The translations under genes and the position numbers were made by a program. A DNA stretch of 64,000 bases from Schizochytrium sp. TIO01 (taxonomy: Eukaryota; Protista; Bigyra: Labyrinthulomycetes), in the NCBI GenBank assembly GCA_004764695.1, contig SMSO01000037.1:4440747-4504746 (forward strand). The letters run 5' to 3'. Shown here in pieces: positions 10,639-23,580 of the stretch; position 1 is the first letter of the stretch, and each line of letters begins with the position of its first letter. Below the pieces are notes generated by a model. It had not been told where the DNA came from. It made no database searches and worked only from the letters and a program-made list of their open reading frames with translations.

Positions 10639-11615
10639 CTTGATGCAAACGTCAGGTTTTGTTTACTTCCTCCATAATTCATATCGCATGAAGATATATT
10701 AAAACATCAATCAATATGGTTCCTAAATAAAAGAGTCAGCATGAAAAGTGTAGAAGATATACTCTCAGGGATATTCAAAAAAACAATTTAATATTGGGGT
10801 GAATTCACGCGACGATGAACTCGGGTATAATCTACAACTCTAGTTACTCGAACTAAATATGGAGTGTGTTTGAATACCAGAATACTGAAACATTTACAGT
10901 TGTTTCTTATGGGAAATACTATAAGAGTTCTTCCGCAGAACTCTCAATTTAAGAACGGAACATATAATTAGGATTACATGAGCTAGAAGCGTATAGTAGA
11001 AACATGCATAGATGTCGAGTAGAACTACATAGACTATCTATTAAAATAAAATACATTTCAGGGATGCATTTATCGAAACGTTACAAAGTCGTTGATGCTA
11101 ACTCATTCCATCCACACCCACATCTCCTCGTCTCCCTCTGCCAAGTCTGAGCTGTCTGGGAGGGACAGCTGAAGCACTGCTATTCATTCTACATACTTTT
11201 CTGCTGTTCACTTTTTATTCTGTCTTCAAAGTTTTGCAGCTTTTCAAGCTTATGATTTTTATTTTATTCTTTTAGCATTCAGCACCATGTCTTTTTTGTA
11301 GTATCTCTCTGTCTCTCTCTTATAACAATAAGTTTTGTTTTTAGAGTGTGCTTACTCTGATGCCCTATGTTAGTAGACAATGAGTGATTGATGCGATACA
11401 GGAGAGGAGAAGAGAAGAGAAAATAGGCGGGAAGAACAACTGATTGGTAAATTTTATCCCATTCTCAATATCGAAGTCTGTGATTTGCTGAGATTCTTCT
11501 GCAAACCTCTCGACCCTCACTTCCCATAGAGTCTCCCTCAGCCCAGGCGAAACTAATCGAGAGCAGTTGAAGAGGAGATAAACCCGATTCCTGCGCATGT
11601 TCACATTCAGGTGGC

Positions 11616-11745
11616 ATGATATGATATGATATGATATGATATGATATGATATGATATGATATGATATGATATGATATGATATGATATGAGATGAGATGAG
11701 ATGAGATGATATAATATGATATGATATGATATGATATGAGATATA
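11616..11745. repeat. (ATATG)n / (ATGAG)n microsatellite
   Basis: Direct reading. Confidence 0.95.
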
Positions 11746-14497
11746 TATCATATCATAACACCCTACCGCTAACTTAGGGAAAACGCTTAATCGCACAATG
11801 CTGCCTCTACTAGTGGCACTTCTATTACGATAACATCTGCGAAAAAGCCTCATGCGTGTCGGTTTTGCAGGCCGCTTCCTTGCTAGAGGTCTTGGCCTCA
11901 GCTTCACTACCCAGACTGCGGGAGTTGCGGGATAGCGCGGAGCACTGCGGATCTGCAGCTAAGCAACTGCTGCCATACCGCTAAAGATGCAGACTCATTG
12001 ACGCCTCTGGCTCGACATCTTAACAGACAGACAATCAGACAGACAAACAGAGACGTCCTTTTACAGTTAGGTACTAGGTAGGCTATAGGAATTGATAAGC
12101 TGGTGGCTAAGGAAGCTGAAAAGGAAGAGAAAGCTTAGCCCCTGGTAATATTTCTTTCATAATCTTTTCCCCTTAATTTAATTTATTTTTAATAAAAAAC
12201 CTTTTTGGAACAATAACTCGATTAAAAATAAAATAAAATGTATATATTTTATAAATAAAATAAAATAATATCATGTCAGAAAGTATGATGAAACTTTTTG
12301 TCCTTTCTATGAAGGAAGAGATCCAACCTACACGTTATGGTAAGGTAACGTTAGTCGACGAATGAAGTTCTTGATCGCTTGAATTGTTGAATTTGAGTCG
12401 GCGTGTGTGTTCGGCTGACTAGCCTACGTTGATCTTGCGCTTAATTAAACTTGAGTCGAGAATGTTCGCGTCTGCCAAAGTTTATTGATCTCGGCGGCTT
12501 GCTTCAATTGCATGAATTGATTCCAAGCCCCCTGCACCAACGTGGCATGCCGGTCTTATTTTACTCTAGCGAATGACCGGATTTAATTAATTAATTAATT
12601 AAAATTAATTCATTAGTTTGCTTTTAGAGTAACTAAAAAAGAGACTTTTGAGAACAACAAAGTTTTGGAAACTGAAATGGAATTCAGACGCAATTCAAAT
12701 GAATAACTACAGAACTCTCACTGACCAACCAGACCATCTTCGCGATCTACAGCTACAGCGATCACAGTCCATGGCTTCTGCTTTGTTCCCCGAAGTAGAC
12801 AGACACCTAGGAGCTCGACTCTCAGCGGCATCGAAGAATGGGATATTTTCCGCCGACCCACCCATTGCAGATGACTTGGATTAATTCGAGCTCAACTTAA
12901 GATTCCGGGTCCCTGAGAGTAAAGGAAGAGAGCAAGACTGGAAATTGGTCCAGCCTGGGATCGCCAGAGCATTCGCCAAATCCCAACTTCGAGGTTCGCT
13001 GTGCGTGAGACGAGACCAAGTTGAGCTTGAAGCCTCTGCCTCTAGTCAAGTAAACGAATGGGAATGAAAATGAATAAGATTGACCTCGATGCCTTCGCAA
13101 CTAAAATCACGGCACGGTACGGTCTGCTTGAAGCTGCTCCAGCAGAACCTCAAGCTCACTCGAGCTTCAGGCGCGATCTTTCTGCTGCGAATTCCCGTAC
13201 GAATCCGAAACTTGCGAAGCGCGCGAAGAAAAACAAGCTTCTGCCGACACCCTCGATCATCTCGTATGCGCGTCGGGCCTTCGCTTGAACTACCGCTGCG
13301 CGTTTGTAGACAGAACAGCTCATGTTGAACTCCTTTTCTTGTCTTTTTGATTTTGATTTTTTAAAGTTAATCAAGTAAATCTAAAAAATGATTGAAACAA
13401 CCACTCATTTCTGTAGACAGTGCGCACCCTCTGCTATTGGCTGTTTTTCTTTGCACTTCCAAGCGACTCTCGATCTTTAAAAGTCAAAGCTGCTCTTCAT
13501 TGGCAGATAGCTTTTGTCTTAGTACCTGCGCTTTTCAATTCAACCTCAACACTAAAATGTGTTAACTAACTAACCTTGAGGTCAATGGCCTGGTAGAGAA
13601 GCCTCTGAGTAACTAACCCCTCTTCGATTGAAGGTGCGACCTTTTGCTAATCCAAGGCAACTTCTCGAGGTATATGGTCAAGACCAGAGCCTGAACAAGC
13701 ACTGATGACACATGCGGGCAGGCAAACAGTTAATAGCCTGATTGGCGGCGCTAGTTGAAGAAACACTCGAAGAGAAAGCAGCGCATCGACTTAAAACCGC
13801 GACCGTGACTTGAGCATTCGCAGTGCAAGCTGAAGATGCCAATCATCAGAATAAAGAAAACAAACCTGACTCGCGATGCGCAGTAAGCTCACAGCCCTCC
13901 TCCCGAACCATCCGCGTAATGTAGGACAGGAAAGAGCTTCAGAATGAGCTCAAAAATAAAGCGACGAACATGCGCCCACGCCTGTCTTTCAAGGCACACA
14001 GCTAGCTCATTAGATAAGCTGGATAGCTATCTAGTCTCCCACAGCAGCTCCGTGGCCGTGGGGCTATGTCTCTCTGAATAAGGTAGTCTCAAAGAACTTC
14101 AAGTTGAATGCACAGAAACACCGCGAGAGAGCTCTTGGTCTTCGCCTGAAGTCCTTCTTTTCGCCTGCCCCTACGTCGCCGTCGTGGACGCCCGATCTCT
14201 TGCACAGGGCCGCCTGATTCTTCGTTTTCTAGGTTCTTGGCTTCGGCCACCAGGCAAAGAAAGTATTCTCTACTTCCGAGGAAGCCTGCGATCAGGAAAC
14301 CTCTCGGGATAACTGCAATGTGTCACCTTGGGGGAAAAGAACACATACTTTCTATCACTATCAACTTCCCGTGTGGGTCCCTGTCTAGTTAGCTTCCCTG
14401 CTTCGAGTTTTCAAGTTTAAAGAAACGACGCAACGGAGCTTTGCTTCAAAGTAAGGTCGTTGAGTCCTGAAAATAATAGAAAATGCTCCTTGCCTAT

Positions 14498-14688
<191 letters not shown>

Positions 14689-15379
14689 CTATCGCTAGAT
14701 AGTTAACTACTATTGCTAGCTAAAGACAGGGAGGCGTTTCGATTGGCCATTTCGTTTTATTTCGCCTTCGCGACCTTTGAAGTATGAAGCAAATCAGGGT
14801 TAGTTTCTTCGAACGCTGTCAGAAATCATGATGGCTAAAAGAGTCTGGGTTACCAAGCACCTTCGTCTGTTTGCCGATATTGAGGTTGCTTGAGCAGAGG
14901 GGAATGTCATGATGACTAACATGGACTTGTGCGTGGAAACGTCTGCGTCTCGCAGTATCGAAGCATAAATTCGCTGGCAAGTCTAGCAGAAAAACCTAGT
15001 ACTTACTAAGAAATTAGTAAGGAAGAACACAGAGAGCATAAGAAAACCCCTCAAAGCGCATATATTCTTGGAAACAGACCTCAGAGCTTCACCACACCCA
15101 AAGGAACAGGATACCTTCTCTTCTCTTCTCTTTTACCAATTAAAAGCTTCGGCAGAAGTGTAACAGCACTGCATATACACCTACCAGTAGAACTTATTCG
15201 TTTATTTTTCATTCTTCATCGTGACCCCAGGCCATCATTTTTCTGATTTCTTACTAGCTTTCTAACTTTTACAAAAACAGATATTTAAATAAAGGCTGAA
15301 GCATCAAATTCTTCCTTCCTTAATTATTCATTACTAACTTTGATTTAAACTTTCTTTCAAATTAAAATAAATTAAAACA

Positions 15380-15380
<1 letters not shown>

Positions 15381-15416
<36 letters not shown>
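15381..15416. repeat. (AAT)n microsatellite
   Basis: Direct reading. Confidence 0.9.
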
Positions 15417-15418
<2 letters not shown>

Positions 15419-16599
15419 GCACGTAACCTTTTCCTCGTAAAGGTTCACTTCTTTCACAGCAGACCCATCACGATAGTTCTCACGGGCTTCGCCAATTCGT
15501 ATCGATTATGCGAGGCGGAAGACCGTTACTGGCTTGCCTTCTTTCCCGTATCAGAGTATGGCCATCACGCCGTACCGCACAGCCTGCCTCCTTGCCTCCT
15601 TGCCTCCTTACTTCCTTCTTTCCTTCGAACTAACCAACCACCAAAACTAACCAACTGACTGACTGCTTAACTTACTTTGGACCAGTGCTACAGTAAACGT
15701 TAGGAGGCCCTCCACCTCAGCAACTTGCGCTCGAGCATTGGTCTTCCCAAGGCCAGGAATAAAAACACAAAGTTCTTTCTATTCGCATTTCTAACTGCCG
15801 TCCACCCGTGCCCTTGTTCTGTCCTGCCAAAAGAGCAGAAGATGGATGGCAGCCCAACAGAGGGAGGGCGCCTTAGCAGGCTCCTGAAGGCAGGCAGAAT
15901 AGCGATGAGGAGGAGGTCACCACGACAGAGGCGGATTAGGTTGTGCCTCTTCGGAATGGGAATATTTCAAGATTGCAAGGTCTCAAGGTCTCAAGTCTCA
16001 GGATCTCAAGCAGGTGAGTGAACCGAGCGACTGTGTGTATGTGCGGAGGGAAGGAAGCAGTCTATCCCCACAGCCGGTGCCCACAGTGCCCACATCAACT
16101 CTCCTGCCGATTCCCAGAGGCTGGAGGCGCTTCTCCGCTTCCCCTGCTGTTCCGCGCAGAGAGGGTACAGGTCTTGCGCAGGAGCTTCTCAACTCAATCA
16201 GGGCTACCGGTTTCCGGAACATCGAGCAGGCCAAAGAAACGGGCGGCTCCGAGACAGCTCGTGCGCGCTTCTCAACAAGTTCTAGCCAGAAGGAGATAGA
16301 TAAACGAAGAATCTGCAGGTGCCTGTGTAGCTGAAGAGTGAAGAGGTTATTTAGCAAACAAGCGAGCAAGCAATACAGATAGACAGACTGAACGTATATG
16401 TGTATTTATTTGTGTTACGTATACGAAGAGAGTTAGCACTTGTTTGTGCGACTCTTTTCTTTTTACGTGCTGCGCCTGTGTAATTAGACTTGCAGACAAT
16501 GATTAGGGAGCGACTTTGTTCTCGCTCGCTAGGCAGCTTGAAGAGCAAGAGTTAAAGAAGGGTTCTCGGTGATGGCCTTATGTGCAGACTATGTGAATG

Positions 16600-17094
16600 G
16601 TTTGATTTGATTTGATTTGATTTGATTTGGTTTGATTTGATTTGGTTTGATTTGATTTGGTTTGATTTGATTTGATTTGATTTGATTTGATTTGATTTGG
16701 TTTGATTTGATTTGATTTGATTTGATTTGGTTTGATTTGATTTGGTTTGATTTGATTTGATTTGATTTGATTTGATTTGATTTGATTTGATTTGATTTGA
16801 TTTGATTTGATTTGATTTGATTTGATTTGATTTGATTTGATTTGATTTGATTTGATTTGATTTGATTTGATTTGATTTGATTTGATTTGATTTGATTTGA
16901 TTTGATTTGATTTGATTTGATTTGATTTGATTTGATTTGATTTGATTTGATTTGATTTGATTTGATTTGATTTGATTTGATTTGATTTGATTTGATTTGA
17001 TTTGATTTGATTTGATTTGATTTGATTTGATTTGATTTGATTTGATTTGATTTGATTTGATTTGATTTGATTTGATTTGATTTGATTTGATTTG
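16600..17094. repeat. (GATTT)n microsatellite, ~495 bp, with a few GGTTT variants at the 5' end
   Basis: Direct reading; it explains the SNQIK ORFs. Confidence 0.97.
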
Positions 17095-18895
17095 AAATCG
17101 AATCCAAGTTGGTCGTTTGATCAACTCGCAGACTTCCTGGTGGTCCACGGCGTCACTACTCGTGCGAAAGATGTCAAGACGTCACGAGCGAGGCACGGCC
17201 CTCTAAAAAAGGTATTATCAGCGATAAAGGACTGAAAGTTGTCATTGGAAGGCATATTCCACTCAGCTTAGCTTGGGGCTTAAGGAAACACTAGAATTGA
17301 GTTTATCTCCAAGTGGCTGGCTAAGCGGCTGATATCAGTTACTATGCGCTGCTACTCTGTATCAACGGCCACTTGTATCTCCTGAATGAGAACATTGAAG
17401 GAGTAGTAGATTAGATACTACCTACATGCCATGTAGAACTGAAGAACGGGTTTATCAATATCAGATGAACGAATACGGAAACGTTCGCAATTCTTGCTTC
17501 TGGGCTGCCAGAAATGAGCCGCGATCTTGAACAACGTTTAATCCATGCAGCCGTCTAGAGCTTCAGATAGACGTTGCCATGAATGCAGATGAATGCGACA
17601 TTATAACTTTGCATCTTGAAAGCCCAAGCGTGTTTTGCATTCCCTACTACATTATCAATGAAGCAACTAGTCAGAGCTTTACAGAAAGATGCTGGGAGGA
17701 AATATCTCTGGCAAGTACAGACTAACCTCATTGCAAACCCGCCACACATCATTCATTTCCTCGAAAGCCGCAGGTGACTAAGTCATTCAGTCGGGCAGCT
17801 TGCCAACCACCAGTGCTTGAAATTACGATTTTACTAACACCTGCTGCGTCCTCTCTTCTTGCAGCAAACCCTGCAACCAACTCTTGTCTTTAGATCAAAA
17901 TACCAAGGTTTCAAGATCCTGTGTCTCTAGTTTGAAACCTTTAGACCCTTCCTTGAAGGTCTCTTGAGAAATGATGGCGATGTCGGTGATCATCGATGAT
18001 CACAGATCACAAGACAAGGAAACAGGATTCAAAGGTACCTGCTACAGTGAGTGAGGAAATAAATCAAATAACTCTTCTTCGGGAAAAAGACAGAGATACT
18101 AAGACAGGAAAGCGCCGACCCTTGGATTAGGCGCCATATGTCTGATAGTGTCGCAAAAGAACACAGCTAAGGAGTCTGTAGCAGGACACCGGGAAGCGCC
18201 CGTGTGAAAAAGGGAGGCGGGGTGGGGGGTATTCTACGTGTTGCGCTGTCCTTCACATTTTCAAAAGGCGGAAGAAAAGGTCATCAAACAGCACTTATAC
18301 AATCGATTTAGTTATATTAAAAAAAATAAAATTAAAATTAAATGTATGCATATATATATAGTGGCTACCTCTCGTCGATACATGCTATAGTAGTGCTGCA
18401 GCAACGTAAATATTCTGCGTCAATAGAAGACCCTCGAAATTCTGCTGCCGAAAGTTTCCTCTCTCTCGATCCGCCTGCTAAGCGTTCCGTCTCTAGCTTT
18501 TCCAGCTCGAAACTCAGCCGAGCTAGCCAGCCAACAAAGCAGCGAACGAACACGCAAGCAACGCAAATGGCCTCTCCCTCCCTCCTCGATCTCCTGTCTC
18601 ATCAGTCGCGCAAAAGATAAATCGAATAAGCACAGCAGACAGAAACACGCGAGCGATCCCAGGAACCTTGGACTTGCTTTCTTCTTCTTCTTCTCTCCTC
18701 TCACACGTACCATGCCAAGCGAGGCGGGCTCTTAATCTGTCTCATCCACCCACCCATTCACTCCACGTTCTCTCTCTCTCGATAGCTAAGCTAGATCTCT
18801 CGAGGCCTCAATATGCATCTCAGCAGCAGGTTTCAACAGCAACAGCAGGTCTCCCTCCCTCCACAGAGGACTTCTTCTTTCTCGTGAACTGCATC

Positions 18896-18930
18896 GGATT
18901 TTGGATTTTGGATTTTGGATTTTGGATTTT
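18896..18930. repeat. (GGATTTT)5 short tandem repeat
   Basis: Direct reading. Confidence 0.85.
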
Positions 18931-20306
18931 GGTTGGCTTGGCGGACTGGTTCCCGTGAAGCAGGGAAGCAGCAGCTCGAAGCAGCAGCTTGCTGATTAGC
19001 TCGTCTGCGGCGAAGCTCTAGCTAGCTATATACAGCTACGCCCAAGCTTCTTCCTTCCTTCCTTCCTTCCTTCTTTCTTCTTTCTTTCGGGCTCTTCAAA
19101 ACTCCAAGGCCGACCTCTCATCAGAATATTTGGCAAAAAGAAAAAGTGAAAGAGGGGCGGCTAATAAAGAGAGAGAGCATTAGTAAAACTCGGAGGTTTG
19201 TTTTTAGTATTAAAACAACATTTTCAAGTAAGAGTAAGTAAACATGACAGTCAATCATTCTCTTCTACTTTTTTTCTTTTTTTTCAATGCCTCTATTTTA
19301 TTTCAATTAAATAAAATAGTAATAAAATTCTATTTTATTAACTTATTTAAATAAAAAAAAACAAAAAAAAACGTTCTTTCGCTCTGTTCTTTCGTTCTTT
19401 CTGGTTGGTTCATGGATAGGTTGATTCGAAGATTGCTTCCTCGGTTGGATGGCCGGTTCGCCTGTCTTAAAGCCTCCACCACTGGCAAATCGCTCGCAAC
19501 GAGGCCCCAGCCGCCTTCCCTCCCACTCAGATGCTGCCCGCAGACGCAGCAAGTGCCCAGCTGCACGCACGCAGGCAGGCAGACCTTCCTCCTCAGAGGC
19601 AGCTAACTCCACCCGTCTCTTCTTCTTCTTCGTTCACCCCAATTGGAACACGCGCCTGCTTGTCTGCCTGCTGATCAACTCCAGGAAAAGAACAGGCCAG
19701 CTACGGCAGGTCCTAGGCATTAAGCTAGGACTCCCGCTAGCAGGGTCCTCGTGGACTCAGCCCACCGAGCACGTTCTGGCATAGTGACCTGAACACCTGC
19801 GAGGAGACATGTTGGGCCTGACTTCTGCGGGCAAAGCCCTTCGCAGCTTGCCCAACAGGCGGCGTGCTTGCACAGCCAGGGCCTCGGACACGTCCGTGCG
19901 AAGGTCTTCACGCAGGAAGGCATGAGCTGGACGCGTCCCCTCGAGACCTCGAGCCAGGTCTCGAGATTTGGTCCATGAGGCAAACAAAGCTTACTATCGA
20001 TTGCTATAGCCAGCGAGAAAGAAAGAGAGAACTACAGCGAAAGCGTCATGATCCTTCCTTCCTTCCTTGGCACTTGCCCGTTCCCAATGCCAACACTTGC
20101 TTGCTTGCTTGCTTGCTGACTTCTTCAAGCGGCGAAGACTTGAACCACCACCCGTGCGGGGAATCGGGGCAGAGCGCCCTCTATGGCCGGCGCCCAGCGA
20201 CCTGCTGCCGTGACAGTTTGGGCCTGCGAGATCGAGATCAAGATTGGTTGACGACCACGGTTCTCTCTCTATGTGGGAAAGAAAGGTGTGTACTTGGGGT
20301 GTGCAA

Positions 20307-20534
20307 TGTATGTATGTATGTGTATGTATGTATGTATGTATGTATGTATGTATGTATGTATGTATGTATGTATGTATGTATGTATGTATGTATGTATGTA
20401 TGTATGTATGTATGTATGTATGTATGTATGTATGTATGTATGTATGTATGTATGTATGTATGTATGTATGTATGTATGTATGTATGTATGTATGTATGTA
20501 TGTATGTATGTATGTATGTATGTATGTATGTATG
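20307..20534. repeat. (TATG)n microsatellite
   Basis: Direct reading; it explains the MYVC/HTYI ORFs. Confidence 0.97.
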
Positions 20535-22095
20535 CATGCATGTACGAACGAAAGTGTACATACACCGTGGCATTCAGGGCCTTTTTCAGGAACTCGCTGG
20601 AGAAGACGAGCTGCGGCCTGGGAATGCCGCATCCTCTCTTGCGTGCCTCGCATCAGGCACTATGCTGGTGACCATTGATTGTTGAGGAGGCGCACACCCT
20701 ATGTTTCTTTCTGCAGCTGTTTGTTTGTGCGGATAGAACACACACAGACCCGTGTTCTGTCATTGTTCTCTTTGGTCGTTCTCTCCGCATAGCATTTCCA
20801 TCTAGTGTTTTCATTAAGATTACTTCAAATTTCCCGCCTGACCTTTCTCTCTCAAATTTTGGGGAGGTCACTCTGGCTGACATTTTATTTAATTCATCAT
20901 TCCAAAGTGATGGGCGAACGCTTATTCTCTGGACCTGGGGGGCCTCCTGAGCGAATATTGAACAAGTTGGCGAGCCGAGCAGGGTGTACGTATGCGCTTC
21001 TTTTGTTGAAGACTCGACTTGAAGTCGTCAAGGTCAATGGGCTTTTGATCGATTTGCTGGGTTTGATCGATCTGATCGTTGATGACAATCGCTCATCTTT
21101 TTTGGTAAACTACCTATTATATCCCATTGGTACCAGGGGAAGAAAGAGTAGCGTTTCCTTTTCTTTTACCTTGAAAAAAATAATAATATACATACATATT
21201 TTTATTAAAGATCTCTCGCAGGAGGGGCATAAACTGATCTTCTTCCTTTTTTCTCTTTTCTTTTTTCCCTTTTCAATCCTTTACAAAGAATTGCTAGTGC
21301 CTCTTAGAGAAAGAGGAAGAAGAAGAAAAAAAGGCAATTAGAGACTGTATGGGGTGGGAAAAAACCGAGGCTATCAAATTATTTTTCATTAAAATAGATA
21401 ATATTTTAGTTTTTGACATTTTTAGTTTTAATTTATAAAGTCTTGAAAATGTTTCGTGAGTATGCACGATGGCTTAATGGTATTTGCAGCCTTTTCATGA
21501 AAAGGCCGGGAAAGAACGTGGTCGACGCGGAAGAAAGAGAGGGGCACGCTACGCCACGATGCACGAATGCAAACTTTCTTCCCTGCTTCTTTTCCTGCTC
21601 TGCCTTCACTTATTCTATAAAACGTTTTAAATTAAGATGATTCTTCTTACGACTCTTTAATTTAAAATCTTTTAAAGTTAATATTTTCATCAAAAAGAAA
21701 AATGGAAGGAGTGAAGGAGGAAAAAAGAAAGAAAAGCCAGGCTGCTCAGTGCAAGCAGACTCATTCAGAGGACACGGTTGGTAAGGCCTCTAACTTATCC
21801 ACTTGTACCCCTCTAGCTGTGAGGGGTACTTTGTGAGGCAGTGCATGTGAGGCAGTGGCGTCGGTCGAAGTGCCCCCTGAATCGCCATTTTCTCTCTCTC
21901 CCAGGCGCGCAGTGTGAGGGAGAGGGAGAGAGGGGCTGAAGCAGGCTAGCTCTCCGCAGCTTCCTCTCTGGAGAAGCCTAAAGAGAGCAGTAGCACAAAT
22001 ACCCAAATAAGCAGCAGCAGTAGCTCGAAAAGCAAAGCAGGAGCCCCAGGATGCCCTCTTCCCAGGCAGACCAAGCAGCTTCCGTGGCTGCAAAA

Positions 22096-22150
22096 CAAGG
22101 AAAGCAAGGAAAGCAAGGAAAGCAAGGAAAGCAAGGAAAGCAAGGAAAGC
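22096..22150. repeat. (GCAAGGAAA)n 9-bp tandem repeat
   Basis: About six copies seen. Confidence 0.9.
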
Positions 22151-23432
22151 AGCAAGCAGACGAACCCGCCCAAAGGTGTAGCAGAGAAGTCTTTCGCTCC
22201 TTCGTTGCAGTAAGCAGCTATTGATCGCTGTTATGGAGCCAGGTTGGGTTAAAGTTTTTATCTATTTAGAACGAGCTACTTGTTAACTTGTTAGTTAGCT
22301 TGTTTTTATCTCTAGTAGGCCTTTCGATTGAAACGAATTGAATTGATTCTCTGGAGATTAACAAAATTAATTGTGGCTGGCTTATTGCTGCTGTTATGAA
22401 TCTTAACAGTTTCCGATTCTGGTTTTCTTTCTTTCTTTCTTCTTCTCTTCAGAGACGAGGCATCGGAAAGCAAAAAGCAGAGGAAAGCCTGCGTTGCGCC
22501 CAAGTTTTGAAACCCTCGTGGCTACGCGAAGACCAACACCGACCGAAATCTTTGTTCGACTTTCTCAACTCTTGTGGACGAAATAAATAGACAGTAGTGA
22601 TGATGATATAGCAAAGAAAATACCGTGCCAAGGTCAACTTGTTTTTGTTTTGTACTTGTCCCTGGTCAACCACCACGTGAAGTAAGTTTTTTGTAGTGTG
22701 CTCATCAAAACGAACGAAAAAAGCGCTCAATGTTTTTTTTTTTTGTTGTTGTTGTTGTTATTCTATTTTTTTGTTATTTTTCTTTTCTTTCATTGAGAGT
22801 CGCTGATGAGAAACAGGGAGCGTGGCGATGCGGCCGGAGCAGCAAACGGCTTCTGTGCTCGAAAGACGATCGATCCAGCAAAGATGTCGCTCGCTTTCTC
22901 GCTTTCCTGCTGGAAGACGGTCCATGGCTTGTGGCGGGTGCGCACATAAGTGCCGCTGGGCCTCCCGGAGCTATAGCTTTAGCAGCCCGCAATCCCCGCT
23001 CTCGCAAGCGCGCTCGGCCGGTCGCTGTCTATATCTCTTCTTTGTTTCTTTGCTGCGCTTGGGTGTTCTGTTCGTTCCTGTTTGGGATCATGGAACGCTG
23101 CGCTTCTGACTTCTGCCTTCTTTGTTCTCCTTCTTTTTTTTGGCTTTTCATCGATTCTCGAGCTCTTAAACTCACCGATCGAACGATTGACGCTCTGATT
23201 CTGGTTGGTCCTTTGAGTGGTGGCAAACCACGTAATGCGCTGCTAGGGCCGATCCTCTCTGAAGAAAGAAAGAAAGAAAGAAAGAAGAAAGCTTTTGCTT
23301 GTTGTGTAGCTTTGGTCTGCTTTGGTCTGCTTTCTCTCAAGTCGAAATGAGTACGAACGGATGAAACAGTTCATTTCAAAGCAGAGCGTGAGCGGAGTTG
23401 TTTCCAAGGATAGATAGCCGAGTCCATCTGTG

Positions 23433-23580
23433 TGTATGTATGTATGAATGTATGTATGTATGTATGTATGTATGTATGTATGTATGTATGTATGTATGTA
23501 TGTATGTATGTATGTATGTATGTATGTATGTATGTATGTATGTATGTATGTATGTATGTATGTATGTATGTATGTATGTA
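23433..23580. repeat. (TATG)n microsatellite
   Basis: Direct reading. Confidence 0.95.

Noticed and set aside
16600-17094. Telomeric repeat
   Set aside because: The unit is GATTT, lacks a G-run, is internal and resembles the other simple repeats nearby.
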